Source: Lama guanicoe (lineage: Eukaryota). Taken from it: a stretch of DNA of 64,000 nucleotides. Location: assembly GCA_013239625.1 (NCBI GenBank), contig MU054001.1:4938167-5002166 (forward strand), in the 5' to 3' direction. Below are positions 12,977 through 25,956 of this stretch, in pieces (the stretch's first letter is position 1; each line of letters starts with the position of its first letter). The notes beneath the pieces were generated by a model. It made no database searches. It had not been told where the DNA came from and worked only from the letters and a program-made list of their open reading frames with translations. The position numbers and the translations under genes were made by a program.

Positions 12977-13719
12977 AATTCTATTTCAGCTGTCTTAAGG
13001 CATTTATATATGTTCTGATAAGCAATGCACTGCTCATATGTATGTATTTTTAGTTTGTATGAAGGTTAGTGTGTCACATTGCATCCCACCTTTTCACTCA
13101 CCACGTTTTGTTATTTCCCAGGCATGGAGGGCCTCCAGCACCCAGCTACCCCTGTCTACACTGAGTGAACATCCTTAAAAATATTTCCTGTTAACAGAAC
13201 TCCTTTGGAAGAATCACCCAGGAGTGGAATTGCTGGTCCCTGTGATGTCTGTGTGTAACTCCACCAAGAAACGCCGCGGTGGCCTGCACTACCTACCCGG
13301 GAGGCTTCAGGCTTCCTTCATTTCTGTATCTGGGCCAACCTTGGCATTCCCCAGCTAACTAGTATTTTCCTGTCTCATTAGGTATAAAGTGATACCTAAC
13401 TGTTGTTCTAAATTGCGTTTCTTGCCCTCATTTTGGGGGAAGGATTGAAGCTTCAGAAAAGTGACGTGTCCAAGGGCCCTCAGCTGGTGTGTGAGTAGCT
13501 GGGCTTCCCCACCGTCTCTGGGCTCAGGCTGGAGCCGGGGTCCGCTGCAGCTGCCCGGCGCATGGGCTGAGGGCAGTCCCAGCAGCCGGGTCAGACTTGT
13601 GCAGGTGCGGCTCTTCCGCTGTGATCGAGCCCCACCTGGTGGCGCTGAGGGGGAACTGCCGCTGTGGAGGGGATAGGAGGGGTGGAACCTGAACTACCTC
13701 ACTTTGGAGGCTCTTCTTG

Positions 13720-13945
13720 AATTTTATTTTATTTAAAAAAATTTAAAACTGACATGTAATTGACACACAACTTCATATTAGTTTCAGGTGTACAACATGA
13801 TTTTTTTCTTACGATGAGGATTTTCAGGATCGACTTTCTTAGCAGCCCCCAAATGTTACACAGCACCCCCTCATCCACCACAGTCACCACGCCGTACACT
13901 TACCCCCAGGACGTACTTATCTTATGACTGGAAGTCTGACCCCCT
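13720..13945 (-). mobile_element. L1MA-like LINE-1 3' end
   Basis: attagtttcaggtgtacaacatga...cttatcttatgactggaagtctg. Confidence 0.6.
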
Positions 13946-14059
13946 GACACCACTTTGCACATGGACGGAAGCTGAACCGTTTCCATTCTGAGGCTCCTAC
14001 TGTTTTTTAGCGAACGAACCCAGAACTCTCTTACAAAAACATTTAGTACACTTTTTCTT

Positions 14060-15250
14060 AACGGTATTTTTGATTAAAGTACAATATCCCCACATAAAAG
14101 GCACAGATCCACGTGCACAGCTCAGGGAACTTTTACCCGTCCACACCCGTGTTACCAGCACCGCAGGGGCCCCCTCCGCGCCCCTCCCGCCACACCCTCC
14201 TCCAGGGGCTGCCGCTGTGCTGACTCCTAACATTGTTGACTGTTGTGTACGTGGAAATATACAGCGCTTTCCTTTTCCATCTTGCTTCTTGTGAGCCATA
14301 TTGTTTGTGTGGTTCATTCATCCATATTTGTTCGTTCTCTTTTTAGGCAGTACTCCGTTATATGAATACACTGCAAGTTATCCTTTCTGCTCTTGATGGA
14401 TATTTGGGCTGATTCCAGAATTTGACTATATTGAGTAAAGCTGCTTTGAATGTTTGGTGCACATATGCATACAATGCTGTTCAGTGGGTGTCTAGGAACG
14501 AAAACATTGGACCGTGGGGAAGGTGTATATTTCGACTCTTGTAGACACTGCCAATTTTCCAAAGCGGTTGTACCAACTTACCATCTCCATGGTGTGGTGA
14601 GCATGTGTCCCGTGCTGGTTGCTCCACATCCTCACCAACCACGGGTACTGGTGCTCCTTTTAGCCATTCTGGTGGCTGTTAGCGGTACTGCCTGGTATTT
14701 TTAATTTGTCTTCCCGTTGACTAATGAAATTTCTCACGTTTACTGGCCCCTTGGCTAACCTCCTCTGTAAAGTATCTATACAAGACTTCTGGCCATTTTT
14801 CTGTTGAGTTGCCTTTTATTGATTTATAGGAGTTAAAAAAAATGTCATCCAGGTGTGAGCACTTTCTCAGAAACATCTTCTCCCATTTGGTTCTCTTGCC
14901 ATTTCACTCTCTTATTGATGCCTTTTCATGAGCAGAAGTTCTGCTTTCACTATAATACAATTTAATAATATTGTCTCTGATTTTGGGGGATTTTTGTGTT
15001 CCATTAAAATTTTTGTTTTGCCTATGCCAAGGTCATGGAGATTTGTCTTCTGTGTTTCTTCTAAAAGCTTTCGCAATCTGCATCCATCTGGAACTGATTT
15101 CTACATATGGTGGGAGGCAGAGGGTCAATATTTTTTTCCAGATGGATATTTAATTGACCAGCCTGATTTATTGAAAAGATCATCTTTCCCCCCTCAGCCC
15201 CGCAGTGTCACCTTTGTCATAAACCAGGGGATTGTACCTGTGTGAATCTG
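14060..15250 (-). mobile_element. Old L1M fragment (3'UTR/ORF2 end)
   Basis: gatggatatttgggctgattccag, actgccaattttccaaagcggttgtaccaa and atttattgaaaagatcatctttcccc are typical of antisense L1. Confidence 0.75.
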
Positions 15251-16095
15251 CTCCTGGTACGTACCTCTGTTTCTGTGTCTGGTGATAACTCTTTGAGAAA
15301 AGTGCAATATAAGGGGACCATTCAGAGGTCCTTTAAGAGTTTAAAAACTACGAGAGTGCAGTGTGCTGCAGGTGGTGCCGTCTGCCGGTGGACCTGCTTT
15401 GAGGTTGCTAACAAACATTCCTTGCTTTTCGTTACCTGTGAATCTTGGGGCTCAGTGTCAGCTCATTTGACCAGAATATCAGGAAGCTAAATCAAGGGCT
15501 CCTTGTTCCTATGAGGTCCCTGGACCCCCAGAGAGCACCCATGTGGCCCCAAGCAGCTGGGGTCGAGCAAAGTCTCTTTCCTGCATTCATTTTCCCTCCC
15601 TTTTCCCATCCATGCTGGACACCAGGGAAGCCTGCATCAGCTCTATAGGAGATCTGGGGTCTGAGAGGTGGGGTTGCCACAATGATTTCCCACTCAAGGG
15701 TCTGGGAGCATCAAGTGGTCCCTTGAGGAGGCGGCATTCAGCTCAGCAGGGGCTAGGGCTGACCGCCTGCTAAAATTACCTCACTTTGTGCAAAAGGGTT
15801 GCAGGTATATAAGCAAGTCCAGGAACCAGGGCCTGGTGGGCATGGGGACAATCTCCTAGAGGACCTGGCTCTTTGAGCGTCCCAGCAGTGTGATGGCTCT
15901 GCTCCCGGGGACAGCAACCTGGGGCCCAAACTCTGGCACTTGTACTGGGCAGAGATGGGCAGTGTGTCCGGGAGGGCCAGCTCAGGAGAGTGTTGAGAGT
16001 GAGCACTCCAGCTCCAGCTCTGTCATGAGCTCAAGGGGATCCTGGGGAACCCTCTGCCCCCTCTGGGCCCCCAACCCCTTACTTTTGGTTTCTCT

Positions 16096-16470
16096 GTGTT
16101 GTGGTTTACACCGTGTCCCCAAAAGGATATGTTGAAGTCCTAAGCCCCAGTACCCCGGAATGTGACCTTATTTGAAAATAGGGTCTTTGCAGATATGATC
16201 AGGCTAAGATGAGGTCATAGCATGCCCCTAATTTAATCTGACTGGTGTTCTTACAGGAAAAACAGAGACACACAGAGAAGACAGATGTGTGAAGACGAAG
16301 GCAGAGGTTGGAGTGATGTCACAAGCCCAGAAGCTGGAATTGGAGAGGAAGATTCCTTCTCTCGAGGCTTCAGAAGGAACATGATCCTGCCGACACCTTG
16401 ATTTTGACTTCTGGCCTCCCAAACTGTGAGAAAACAAACATCTGCTGTTCTCAGCCTGGGTACGTGGGCT
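16096..16470 (+). mobile_element. MLT1B/C-like MaLR LTR
   Basis: gaatgtgaccttatttgaaaatagggtctttgcagat...ttctggcctcccaaactgtgagaaaa. Confidence 0.78.
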
Positions 16471-16816
16471 GCCCTCCAATCTGTCCTTCACCACATCACT
16501 CTCCTACTGAACGCCTGCCAGTGGCCCCTCACGACCACGGGAACAGCATCATGGATGCTGGTGGTGTCTCCCACCTAACCAGCCTCAGCTGGATCCCTGC
16601 CTCCTGCCCATCTCATTTTAGGCACACCCGACAGTCACCCTGGACAAAGGGTGACTCAAGGGTCATCCTTGACTCCTCTCCTTCATGTCTGCATCCAATC
16701 CAGTGCCAAATTTTGTCAGCTCTGCCTCCAACACATATTCTCAATTCTTTGCTTCCACCATGATCACTGTACTTTAAGCCTCCAACTTCTCTTGCTTGAA
16801 GTACATGGTAGCCGCT

Positions 16817-17255
16817 TGTGGTAGGTTGATTGCAAAAGTGTGCATAATCCTGTACTTCCCTCTGCATCAAGACCCTTGGCAATATGACTTTGCTGCTTCT
16901 CCACCCTTGACTCTGAGCTGACCTTGGGAATTGCTCTGGCTGCAAGAGACTGCAATGAGGTGACAGTATACCAGTTCTGAGTGCACTTCTTGGAATGCTG
17001 CCACCACCATAAGCAGAAGCCCTGTTGGAGGATGATACACACGTAGCAGAGACTAGACATCTGAGTCAAAGCTACTGTAGACCAGCCAACCCTCAGTGAG
17101 CTTACTTGCTAACCTACCAACACACAAGCCCAGCCTAGACTGGCCAAGCCTGGCCTGGATCAGAATGGTTCGATTGACCTGTGGACTCATGAGGAATTAC
17201 GTTCCTTAAACTACGTTTTGGGGAAATTTGTTACATAGCCATAGCTAACTGACAC
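16817..17255 (+). mobile_element. MLT1F/G/H-like MaLR LTR
   Basis: Starts tgtggtaggttgattgcaaaa and ends ttacatagccatagctaactgacaca. Confidence 0.65.
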
Positions 17256-17259
17256 ATCT

Positions 17260-17817
17260 CCTTTACTAGCCACCATGCTGTCCTGTCCCTCTCACACCAT
17301 TTTCTCTTCTCAGAAGCCAGAGTCATTGTCAGCCCCCGATGGTTTCTTGTTGTAATTGAATGAACTCCAAACTCTGGACCATAATCTTCAGGGCCTGATT
17401 CCCCACCTCTCCTTCCCAGCTCTGCTTCAGCCACAGTGACTGTGCTCTCTGTCCCATGCCCACGCCTTTGCTCTCGCTGTTCCCTCTGCTGGAGCAGGCC
17501 CTCCTGGATCCACATACTCCTCAGCCACGTATTAACTCAAATATTTCCTCAGAGAGGCCTGCACTGCCCACTCTAGCTAAAGCTCTCACTCCTCCCTGAC
17601 CCTCGCTCAGTCCTTTACTTTCATTGCACCTGATTCTATGTTCTCATTAGTTGCTGAAAGTACTTGTGTTGAGGGGCATAGTCACTCCTCAACTAGGACA
17701 TAAGCTGCAGGAGAGCAGGACTTGTGTCTTTTTCTGTTTCCTGCTTCATCCGCAGAAATTATAACAGTTCCTGGCATATAGTAAGTCCTCAAGAAATATT
17801 TGCTAAGTGAATGAATA
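17260..17817 (+). mobile_element. L2 3' fragment
   Basis: Ends acagttcctggcatatagtaagtcctcaagaaatatttgctaagtgaatgaat. Confidence 0.65.
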
Positions 17818-18349
17818 CCAAGCCCAAGGGAAAAAACAAAACAAACCTTTGTGGCATAGCTTACAAATCCATTGCAGGCGTGCTGTGCTCCAGACCTGTC
17901 TCCAACTCCAAGGGGCTCTGCTTTTCCTTAGTGGTGACTTGAGTGGGTGTATGTTGGTGGAGGTGGGCCAGGCGGTGGAAGCCGCCAAAACTTTACTCTG
18001 ACTCCAAAGCCTAATGACTTACATGGAGAGACCCACTCACTTCCAGGGGGTCACTTTGGAGCCTCGAGGTGGGGCATGAAGATTTAGAAAACATCTGGGG
18101 TGGGGGCGGGGCAGTAGAATCCTCGCCCTTTTTGTATATGGAGGCGGAAAGTAAAACCTGACTAGCTGGCCCCCCTAGGGGTGTGCACTAGCCCCTGCAG
18201 GCTCAGGGACCATCAGTTTTTGGGTTTGCCATGAGGGGCATAGGTTTTCAACAGGGTTTGACTCACATGGAAGGGCCCAGTTTTGAGGACCCCTTCTGGG
18301 GTAGTCGGGGCTGGGAAGCCTGCTCCACATCCACCCCAAGGACTATGGG

Positions 18350-18560
18350 AACAGCTCACATGTTTATTGAGCTCTTGTGTGTCAGTGCCTGTACTTCATG
18401 CTTCCCATGCAAGCTCTTGTTTCCTCTTCTCAGCATCTCCACTCAGCGGGTCTATCACAAGCCCCATTTTCCAGGTGAGGAAGCAAAGGCACAGAGAAGG
18501 GAAGTAACTTGCTGAAAGTCACACAGCTAGTAAGTGGGGCAGTTGGGATTTGAACTTACT
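18350..18560 (-). mobile_element. MIR SINE
   Basis: ccccattttccaggtgaggaagcaaaggcacagaga...gtcacacagctagtaagtgg. Confidence 0.7.
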
Positions 18561-19261
18561 TGAAATGCTTACAGGGACTAGAATTGTAACCTCAGTGGGC
18601 AGTTGCTCCATGACAGAAAAGCAGCGTCTCTGAACTGTCCTGTGGAGTTTGCCGGTGTCTCCATCACACAAGAAGGCAGAATGAGAGACTAAGGTGAGGA
18701 CGCTCTTCTCATCCCAGCCCTGCAGCTTCTCGCCTGTGGGACTCTGAGCAAGTTCTTAGCCCTTTGTGGCTTCTTTGAGTAATCCTGTTTCCCTGAACTG
18801 ATAGAATTCTCCCCCTCTTGCTCTCCAGATCAGATACCCACCCCCCACACGAGAGCCAGCTCCCCACAGAGCTGTGTCCCCCACGGGTGGACGTGGGGAT
18901 AGTAGGCAAGACCTGTGGTGTGTGTGTCCCCAACAGCGCCCTGAAGTCCCTCTGGGGACTCTGGGCTCCCATTGGTCACTTCTTCTAAGATTTCCTTTCT
19001 AAGAAGCCTTTCCTAATGAGTACTCTTTGCAGGGCAGGGAGAAACCCACAGTTTTCCCAGAGTTGGTTCTGACGTGGATGATGAAGACAAACACTACATG
19101 AGCACGATGTTCCAAGCAATCTAGCCTTGTTTCCTGATTGCTACCATCTAAAGGGGATGCACCAGGTCTGAAGGGCCAGGTGTGGTGTGCCAGAGGGTGG
19201 CATGTGGTGGCCGAGGGTCCAGCGGCAGAGGCAGCTCGAGGTGGCCAGGGAGAGGAGCTAT

Positions 19262-19409
19262 TTAGAGGGCTACGCTGGTGTTTTGGTTGAACACCTTTTT
19301 AGCGTCTATTTCTCCTTCGACCATGTGGGGATGGATGTCCACGTTCATTCCTGCATCCTTGCACAGCTTGAGCAAGGTCCGAATGTTATTCTTGGATAAT
19401 CTCAGGTAT
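19262..19409 (-). CDS. C16orf78: C16orf78 coding exon 5 to stop (YLRLSKNNIR...NQNTSVAL*)
   Basis: Acceptor cttgtctcgcacag|A completes the CGA (Arg) codon. YLRLSKNNIRTLLKLCKDAGMNVDIHPHMVE is nearly identical to the recalled human C-terminus. TAA at 19264-19262; total CDS 795 nt. Confidence 0.93.
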
Positions 19410-19599
19410 CTGTGCGAGACAAGGCCAAAGAGGTCAGTTGAGGGTGGAGTCACTGCGGCTCCAAACTCTACTGAAAAGAGATTAGATTAAGCAGCACCAG
19501 TGTGGGCTCTCTACAAGGAACTGGCTCTCTAGACATTTCTGGAGCTGACAGAGATCTCATGAAAGAGTGGGACACCCCAAAGCACCCCCATAGATTTGG

Positions 19600-20130
19600 T
19601 GGGAGATTTTATTGGTATAACTTTTTTTGGAAATCAATTTAGCAATATATAAGCCAAGAAACCCCCTGTTCCCCCCACCCAAAAATCAAACAGGTTTATT
19701 ATTTTCGACTTAGTGACTCCACTCAGGTCCTCAGCTTATTGCAAGAAGACAAGTCAGTGGAAAGAAAAGCTATATAAATAAAATGTTTATTTAGGGCCAT
19801 CAGCAATAGGGAAATAGGAAATTCCATCAACCGAGGAATGGTCAAGCAAATAATGGAATAACCATTTTTAGGACCCTTCTGCTAGCGTGAAAATGTCATT
19901 AGGAAGAAAAGGTGCAATATGGCTGTGACGTCATGCCAAGTGGGGAGGAAAAAACCAGGATGCAAAGTGTTACGTGTTTTCTTTCATCACTGCCATGTGT
20001 GTATAATCTGAGTGAGGGCAACGGCCGGGGGAAGTACAGGACAGTGGGAATCAAGGCTGAGAAAATTGTAGGAATACAGGTGAGTATTTTTGAAAAATAA
20101 TACTCAAACAAAATTGTTTTAGTTAAAAAA
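19600..20130 (+). mobile_element. Degraded L1M fragment in C16orf78 intron 4
   Basis: attggtataactttttttggaaatcaatttagcaatatat...ggaatggtcaagcaaataatggaata. Confidence 0.5.
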
Positions 20131-21644
20131 TTAAAATTAAAACATTAATTTGAAATATTACTAAAGCTCCACATTCTGACCTATATTGAAGAATAGGGCT
20201 GATCCTATCTATACGATGTGATTTAGAGAGTATCTCTGCCGTCATAGCCCTTACCCCACCATTAACTTTGACCTTGATCCCAGCTTTACTATAAGGAGGA
20301 GGGCTCCCTACTCAGGCTGCCCACTGGTGGGTACTTTGCTGCAGATGGTGGGGGAGGAGCTGATAGAACCTGGGGTTTCTACCCTTTGGGAAGGTCCTTC
20401 CTTCTCTTTCAAGGTCTGCCCAGAGTGTCCCTGTTCTTATAGCCATCTCAGTCCCCACCCACACCTGGACACCTTCCCCTGACTGTTCCAGACACAGTCT
20501 GCCCCTCCCTTCCCCAACCAGCCCAGCCCCAGGTGGTCTCACGCATATCCGCATGTGGGCACTCACTGAGATCCCAAAGGACAATTTCATCCTTTTCTTG
20601 GATGTCTTTCTAGTGGCCTGTTAAATGCCATCTCTCCAAATATTCTCTCCTCCTCCTTGGAGGGCAGGGGCCCTGTCCAAGTCTTTTCTCCCCACCATGG
20701 AGCCTAGGTGGGCTGTCAATTAAAACCATTTTATCAATCTGAAAGCCATAGCCAAAGCCTCCTTCAGTCAAGGAGGCTGCCTGTCTATCTTTCAGCCAGT
20801 CAGTCGTTCCACCCATCCATCCCAGCCAGTCAGCCAGCAGAGCAGGACTGTGTGATGGGGTCGTTGGATGCCAGGCATCTGAGGCCATGTGAAACCTACA
20901 GGTGAGTTTGCTGCTGTCAGCTCTGCAAGCATGACTGCCTTAGTCTGTTGTCCTCCTCTGCTGAAGCTTCCGAACCTTGTCAGGTACAGCCTTACAGTAA
21001 AGAATGACATTGGACTAAGGAGGGGTGCTTGGATTTGGGGGCAGAAACCAAGCTGTTCTCGGTGTTGCAGGAAACCAGTGGGTCTTGATAAGTAAGACAA
21101 AGAACAAGCAAGAAGGGAGACCCTGTGGTAAGAACAGTAAATGCCAAATGGTTTCATGCTTTGTTTATGGTCCCTTTGGAGTCTAAAATCCCAAACATAC
21201 AGCAGATAGTCACTGGGAATGGTGGCTACTATCACCCGCAATTCACCACCACAGTGTAAGGGATCCTAGGGGAGTTTTCTGTTAAAACAAGGCCACAGAC
21301 AACTCATTCTTTCCTTTGTGAATAATACCCGTGGTTGCTTTTGTGAAACAAATAGAGATTTTGGAAGGGTTGTGTATGTGTCCAAAGGTGTGGCATCAAA
21401 ATGGCAGCATCTAAATGTCTTATCCATCCAGGAGATGGTCCACTAGTGAGAGGGGCTGCTTGGAAACACAGCGGGTTTCAGCTTCAGCCCTGGAGCAACC
21501 CTTTGGGACCCAGAAACAGAGCCCAGACACTCTACGGCCACCCTCCGACACTCCGGACCCAGCCCAGGTGTCTGAATCTAGGCAGTCGTGAGCAAAGCCT
21601 GGCCTTGCAGGATGCATCCGTCCCCACCCACGCAGGCTGCTCAC

Positions 21645-21897
21645 CGGCAGCTCAGCACCTCCTCTGGCTTCAGCATCCTCACCATCTCCACCTTGGGCTC
21701 CACACCCTTCTCCATGAGGCTCTTCAGCTTACGCTCGTAAGAGATGTCAGACATCTTGCCCACCCAGTCTCTGAAGAGGGTGGCCCTTCTTTGGGGGAAG
21801 ATGGCATCCTGTAACGTGGGTTCAGTGATGCTTTGTCGATGATAGGGCATTGAGCGCTGAGTGGACTCTTGAGTGATTACATCCTTGATGTCTACGT
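21645..21897 (-). CDS. C16orf78: C16orf78 coding exon 4 (DVDIKDV...MLKPEEVLSCR)
   Basis: Acceptor tgtccaatttcag|AC and donor CG|GTGAG; 253 nt, phase 1/2. YERKLKSLMEK and MLKPEEVLSCR are identical to the recalled human sequence. Confidence 0.93.
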
Positions 21898-22479
21898 CTG
21901 AAATTGGACAGATGTCACCAGGGAGTTAGATCCTGGTAGAGGTGAGCAGTATGGGAGACAGGCAGGGGAGGAGGCCTGAAAGGCTGCAGGGGCTTCAAAC
22001 AGTACTGAGATATGAGATCTTTTCAAGGTTTTGGTAGGTTCTCCTTTTTAGCATTCATTTAATCCCTAGTCAACTTTTTGTGCCTCCTGTCTCCTTGCCT
22101 CCTCAGCTCACTCCCCTTCCCCTCTTTCCTTCATTTCCTTCTCCCAATCTTCTCCCCCCCCTCCCCAGGGAAAATTCTCCTAAAGTGAGCTTTTGTCTAG
22201 AGAGGGTAGGGGAAAGTATTAGAGAAGGTAAACTTTGAGCTGGGTTTTTAAAGGACAAATAGTTTATCAGATGAAAAAGGGAAAAAGGTATTGCAGGCAA
22301 AAGGAACAGCATGTGTGGGCAGGAGGAATACATGCACAAAAGCACACATATGTGAAACAAAATGGTGAGTGTCTGATGTTACCCAAATACTGGGATTGTA
22401 TGAAGTGAAATACTGTTGGAGCTAGAGCTCGGAGATCTTCATTATTTTCTTCCTGTTAAATATAATTCTAAGTATTTTA

Positions 22480-24230
22480 CAGTTTTTTACATATGCCAAT
22501 GGAATATTTTCTTCCCATTTCTATTTCTAACTGATATGACTAGTACAGAGAAAATACTACTGTTAAATTTTTTTTCCAGTACACCAGCAACCATACCAAA
22601 TTTTATTATTTTTTGACTAGAATTCCTTGAGTTTTGCAGAAATGCAACCGTATTAGGGGAAAAGTGAAAATACATTGCTTCTAATATTTATAAAAATTTT
22701 GTTCTCTTCATGACGTGTTGCATTTGACAGATTCTGCCAATGTCAGTGATGGTGATAACAGTCATGCCTCATTTTGTTCCTGATTTTAATTTAAGTGATT
22801 TTAGCATTTCATCATTTAGAATATTTGCCACTACTTTTGGCATATGTTTTATAATGTTTAGCAGCTTTACTCTTAGTTTACATGATTTTTATTAGTAGTA
22901 ATTGTTTGATTCTGCTTATTGCTTTTCTAGCGTGCAGTTTTCCTTCAACTTACTGATGCAATAAATTATGTTATTAGATATCCTGATTTTGATAACGTAA
23001 CCATTTGCAACCTGCTATAATAAATCTCACTTGGTCGTGGTACTTTATTCATTTCATACATGGATATATTTGCTATATTTTCATACACTGAGTATAGTTG
23101 CCAACATTTTTCATACCATTTTGCATCTATATTATTGTGAGATTGGCCTGCTCTTTTGCATAGTATTTTAATACTAAGGTTATGACAGCTTGTCAGATTA
23201 ATACAGAAATGTCTACATTGTAATATGGTCTGCCATAGTTGAAGTCATGTTGGGGTTATTTGCTTTTTAAATGTTAGGTAGAACTTGGTGTGGAACCATT
23301 TATCCTGGTGCCTTTTTTAGTGGGGAAGTGTCCACCATTTTTCAATTTTTACCTCAGAAATTGCTCTATTCAACTTTTCTACTCTTAATTATGTCCATTT
23401 TGATAATTTATACTATGACAGGAAATTATCCATTTCTGCTAGGTTTTCAAATGCATTGTGGAGAGGTGCATATATATCCTATTATAATTCATTTAATGTG
23501 TCTCTTGTCTTTGCTTACGTATCCTTTCTTATATAAAATCTTGCATATTTTGACTCTTTGTGACATGCCTCATGATAAGTGTATCTTATCTGTCACTTGC
23601 TTTTTCAAAAAGCTGGCTTGGTGTCTATCCTTTTAACTATGTTTTACCTTGTATTTCATTAATCTTAGCTGGTATTTAATATATTAATTCTCTCTTTTGC
23701 ATGCTAATAATTTTTCTATCTTGTTAAATTAATAGAAGTGATAATTTAAACAATTTTTTTTGTTTTATGGAGACAAGAACCACTACTTTTAGTTTGTGCT
23801 GTAGGTTTTCTTCTGAGCATAGATTTTGCCTTTGTCCCACGGATTTTGGTGTGAAACAGGCATATTTCTGTTAGTTTTTTTTTCTTCGATATAATGGTAT
23901 TTTAGGAGTGTTTCTTAATTTCAGTTGAGATTATCTTTTAATTTTAATTTTATTTCTAATTATTGCTTTAGGATAATGTAAGTGGCCCTAAAATCTTTCC
24001 TGTTATAGAATGTTAATGTTTTCTTCGTGATGAATATGCAGATGATTTTTGTAAATATTCTTGGGCCATATAAAAGTTTGTGTTCTCTATTCAAGCATAA
24101 ATGTATGGTTTGTTGATTGCATTGGTAGATTCTTCTAGGTACTTCCTGTCGTGTCTATTTGATCTATCTCTAGTTCTAAAAGAGGTATAGCACAATCTCC
24201 TACTATAAGTGATATAATTATTTCCCCTTG
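22480..24230 (-). mobile_element. Highly degraded L1 ORF2 remnant in C16orf78 intron 3
   Basis: An abrupt 1.7-kb T-rich block in a GC-rich region, with antisense-L1 motifs such as ttttgttcctgattttaa and aaatctcacttggtcgtggt. Confidence 0.7.
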
Positions 24231-24479
24231 TTGCCCTAGACCTTCAGTGAAGTCTCCTTACACACAAAAGCTTCAAGAGAGAGGTCTAGGGAGAAATGAA
24301 GGGAATGTGCTCTGTGTCTGGGCGAGAAGAGCTCAGGGAGACAGGGACAGCTACCGGAAGTGAGGTCTATGGATGCTCTGGGGCCCAGCAGACCAGGATG
24401 CTGGGAGCTACAGAAAACCTGGAGAAAGGTTTGGGGCTTTCCGTAGGGCATAAATCAATCTCTTTCTATTTTATTTTTA

Positions 24480-24710
24480 AATGAACTTTTTATCTCAGAG
24501 TACTTTTTGATTTACAGAAGAGTTGCAAAGATGGTACAGAGACTTCCTGTCTACATACGCTCTGTTTGCCCTGATGTTAATGTCTTACAGAAGCAGGAAA
24601 CAAGAAATTAACACAGGCACATTACAAGGGCTGTTTGGATTTCACCAGTTTTTCCACTGAAGTGCTATTCCAGGATTCAGTCTAGGATCCTGTGCTGCAT
24701 TTAGAGCTGA
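24480..24710 (-). mobile_element. L1MC-like 3' end
   Basis: gatttacagaagagttgcaaagatggtacagag...ccaggattcagtctaggatcc. Confidence 0.65.
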
Positions 24711-25009
24711 TCATATTTAATTCTGACAGGCAGGTAACTGCCGTTTGGTTACAATGGCTTTGGTGTATTAAACGAAAAGGGGAAAAAAACTTTTGGTGGG
24801 GGGTTGCACAATCGGAGTGGTTTGTACAGGAGAACTGGCAGTTCCTGCTCGGAAGCTCTTGCCTCTCTTCCTTTGGGCTATTTGGAATCCCTTTCAGATT
24901 TCTTTTTTACCATGCACTTCCATCCCAAGAGGCCAGGCATGATAAATGCATCTGTTTTTCCAACACAGCCCATCTGAGAATGTTAGCAAAATGTTAACTT
25001 AGAAACAGC

Positions 25010-25230
25010 CATTTGCTAACATTTACTGAGCAGCTACTTTGTATCAGGCTAAGTGCATTCCGTGCCTCGACTCATGATACTGTGAGACAGGTCACACAAT
25101 GTTATTGTCCCATTTTAGAAATGTGAAAACTAGACCCCAGAGGTGGAGTGACTTGCTAGGGATGATACAGTGCTGAGTTTGATATAGAGTGGTGGGGCGG
25201 GGATTCAAACCCGAGCAGTCTTGGCAATAG
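25010..25230 (-). mobile_element. MIR SINE
   Basis: attgtcccattttagaaatgtgaaaactagaccccagagagg...ggattcaaacccgagcagtct. Confidence 0.65.
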
Positions 25231-25656
25231 GTATCTGGCATAACCCCAAACCACCCCTTCTTGGGTGCATGCAGCACCTGGCAGGTTTCAGGCCACCAGG
25301 CATGGTACCTTCAGTGACACTGATATTGTCACAGTATCTGTATTAATTAATTTGAACGTGAAGTTGATGTCACCAAAATGGCTTCAGGAATCCAGGGGGC
25401 AAGATGGGCTTCTGAGAAGAGATCACCCAGGTGCCCACAGAGCCTTGACACCCACTTGCCTCTGGTCCAGGTCACACCCAGCTTGCGCTGTGATCCCTAA
25501 AGAGTCACGTGGGCACTCCTGCGTCCACGGAGGTTGGATTGACGTGGATGCAGCTGCCCTAAAGATGGTATGAGTGTTCCGTCCCTCTGAGGGGAGGGTG
25601 GTTTTGAGGACAGCTCTGGCATCCCACGACCAAGGCGACCAAGGCGCGTGCCTTAC

Positions 25657-25786
25657 CAGATTTCCTAGGCATGTCCTTGGGGTAGTTGCCCAGGGCCATG
25701 CTGAGGCGTTTTCCCTTTGCTTCCACTCTGTAGAGCCTTCTGTACAGGGCAGAGGTCTCCTCATCCTTGGCGTTTTGCCCCGAGAC
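25657..25786 (-). CDS. C16orf78: C16orf78 coding exon 3 (VSGQNAKDEE...DMPRKS+G)
   Basis: Acceptor ccctttcag|GTC and donor G|GTAAGG; 130 nt, phase 0/1. YRRLYRVEAKGKRLSM matches recalled human YRSLYGVEQKGKHLSM. An alternative in-frame acceptor would start the exon at 25798. Confidence 0.88.
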
Positions 25787-25924
25787 CTGAAAGGGGACCT
25801 GGAGGGAAGTTACATGCTGGGGAATGGGATCTGGCGCCCCCTCCTTCACCCCCGAAATGAGCGAGTTCAAGGGTTTGTTGAAAAGCAGGCAAGGGGGCCA
25901 AAGGAGAGACCGGCTCTCGGCGCT

Positions 25925-25956
25925 GGGACAATGGCACAGGGACAATGGCACAGGGA
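25925..25956. repeat. 14-bp tandem duplication in C16orf78 intron 2
   Basis: GGGACAATGGCACA x2 followed by GGGA. Confidence 0.9.

Noticed and set aside
22480..24230. Abrupt AT-rich island as possible foreign DNA
   Set aside because: It is explained by an old antisense L1 ORF2 remnant.
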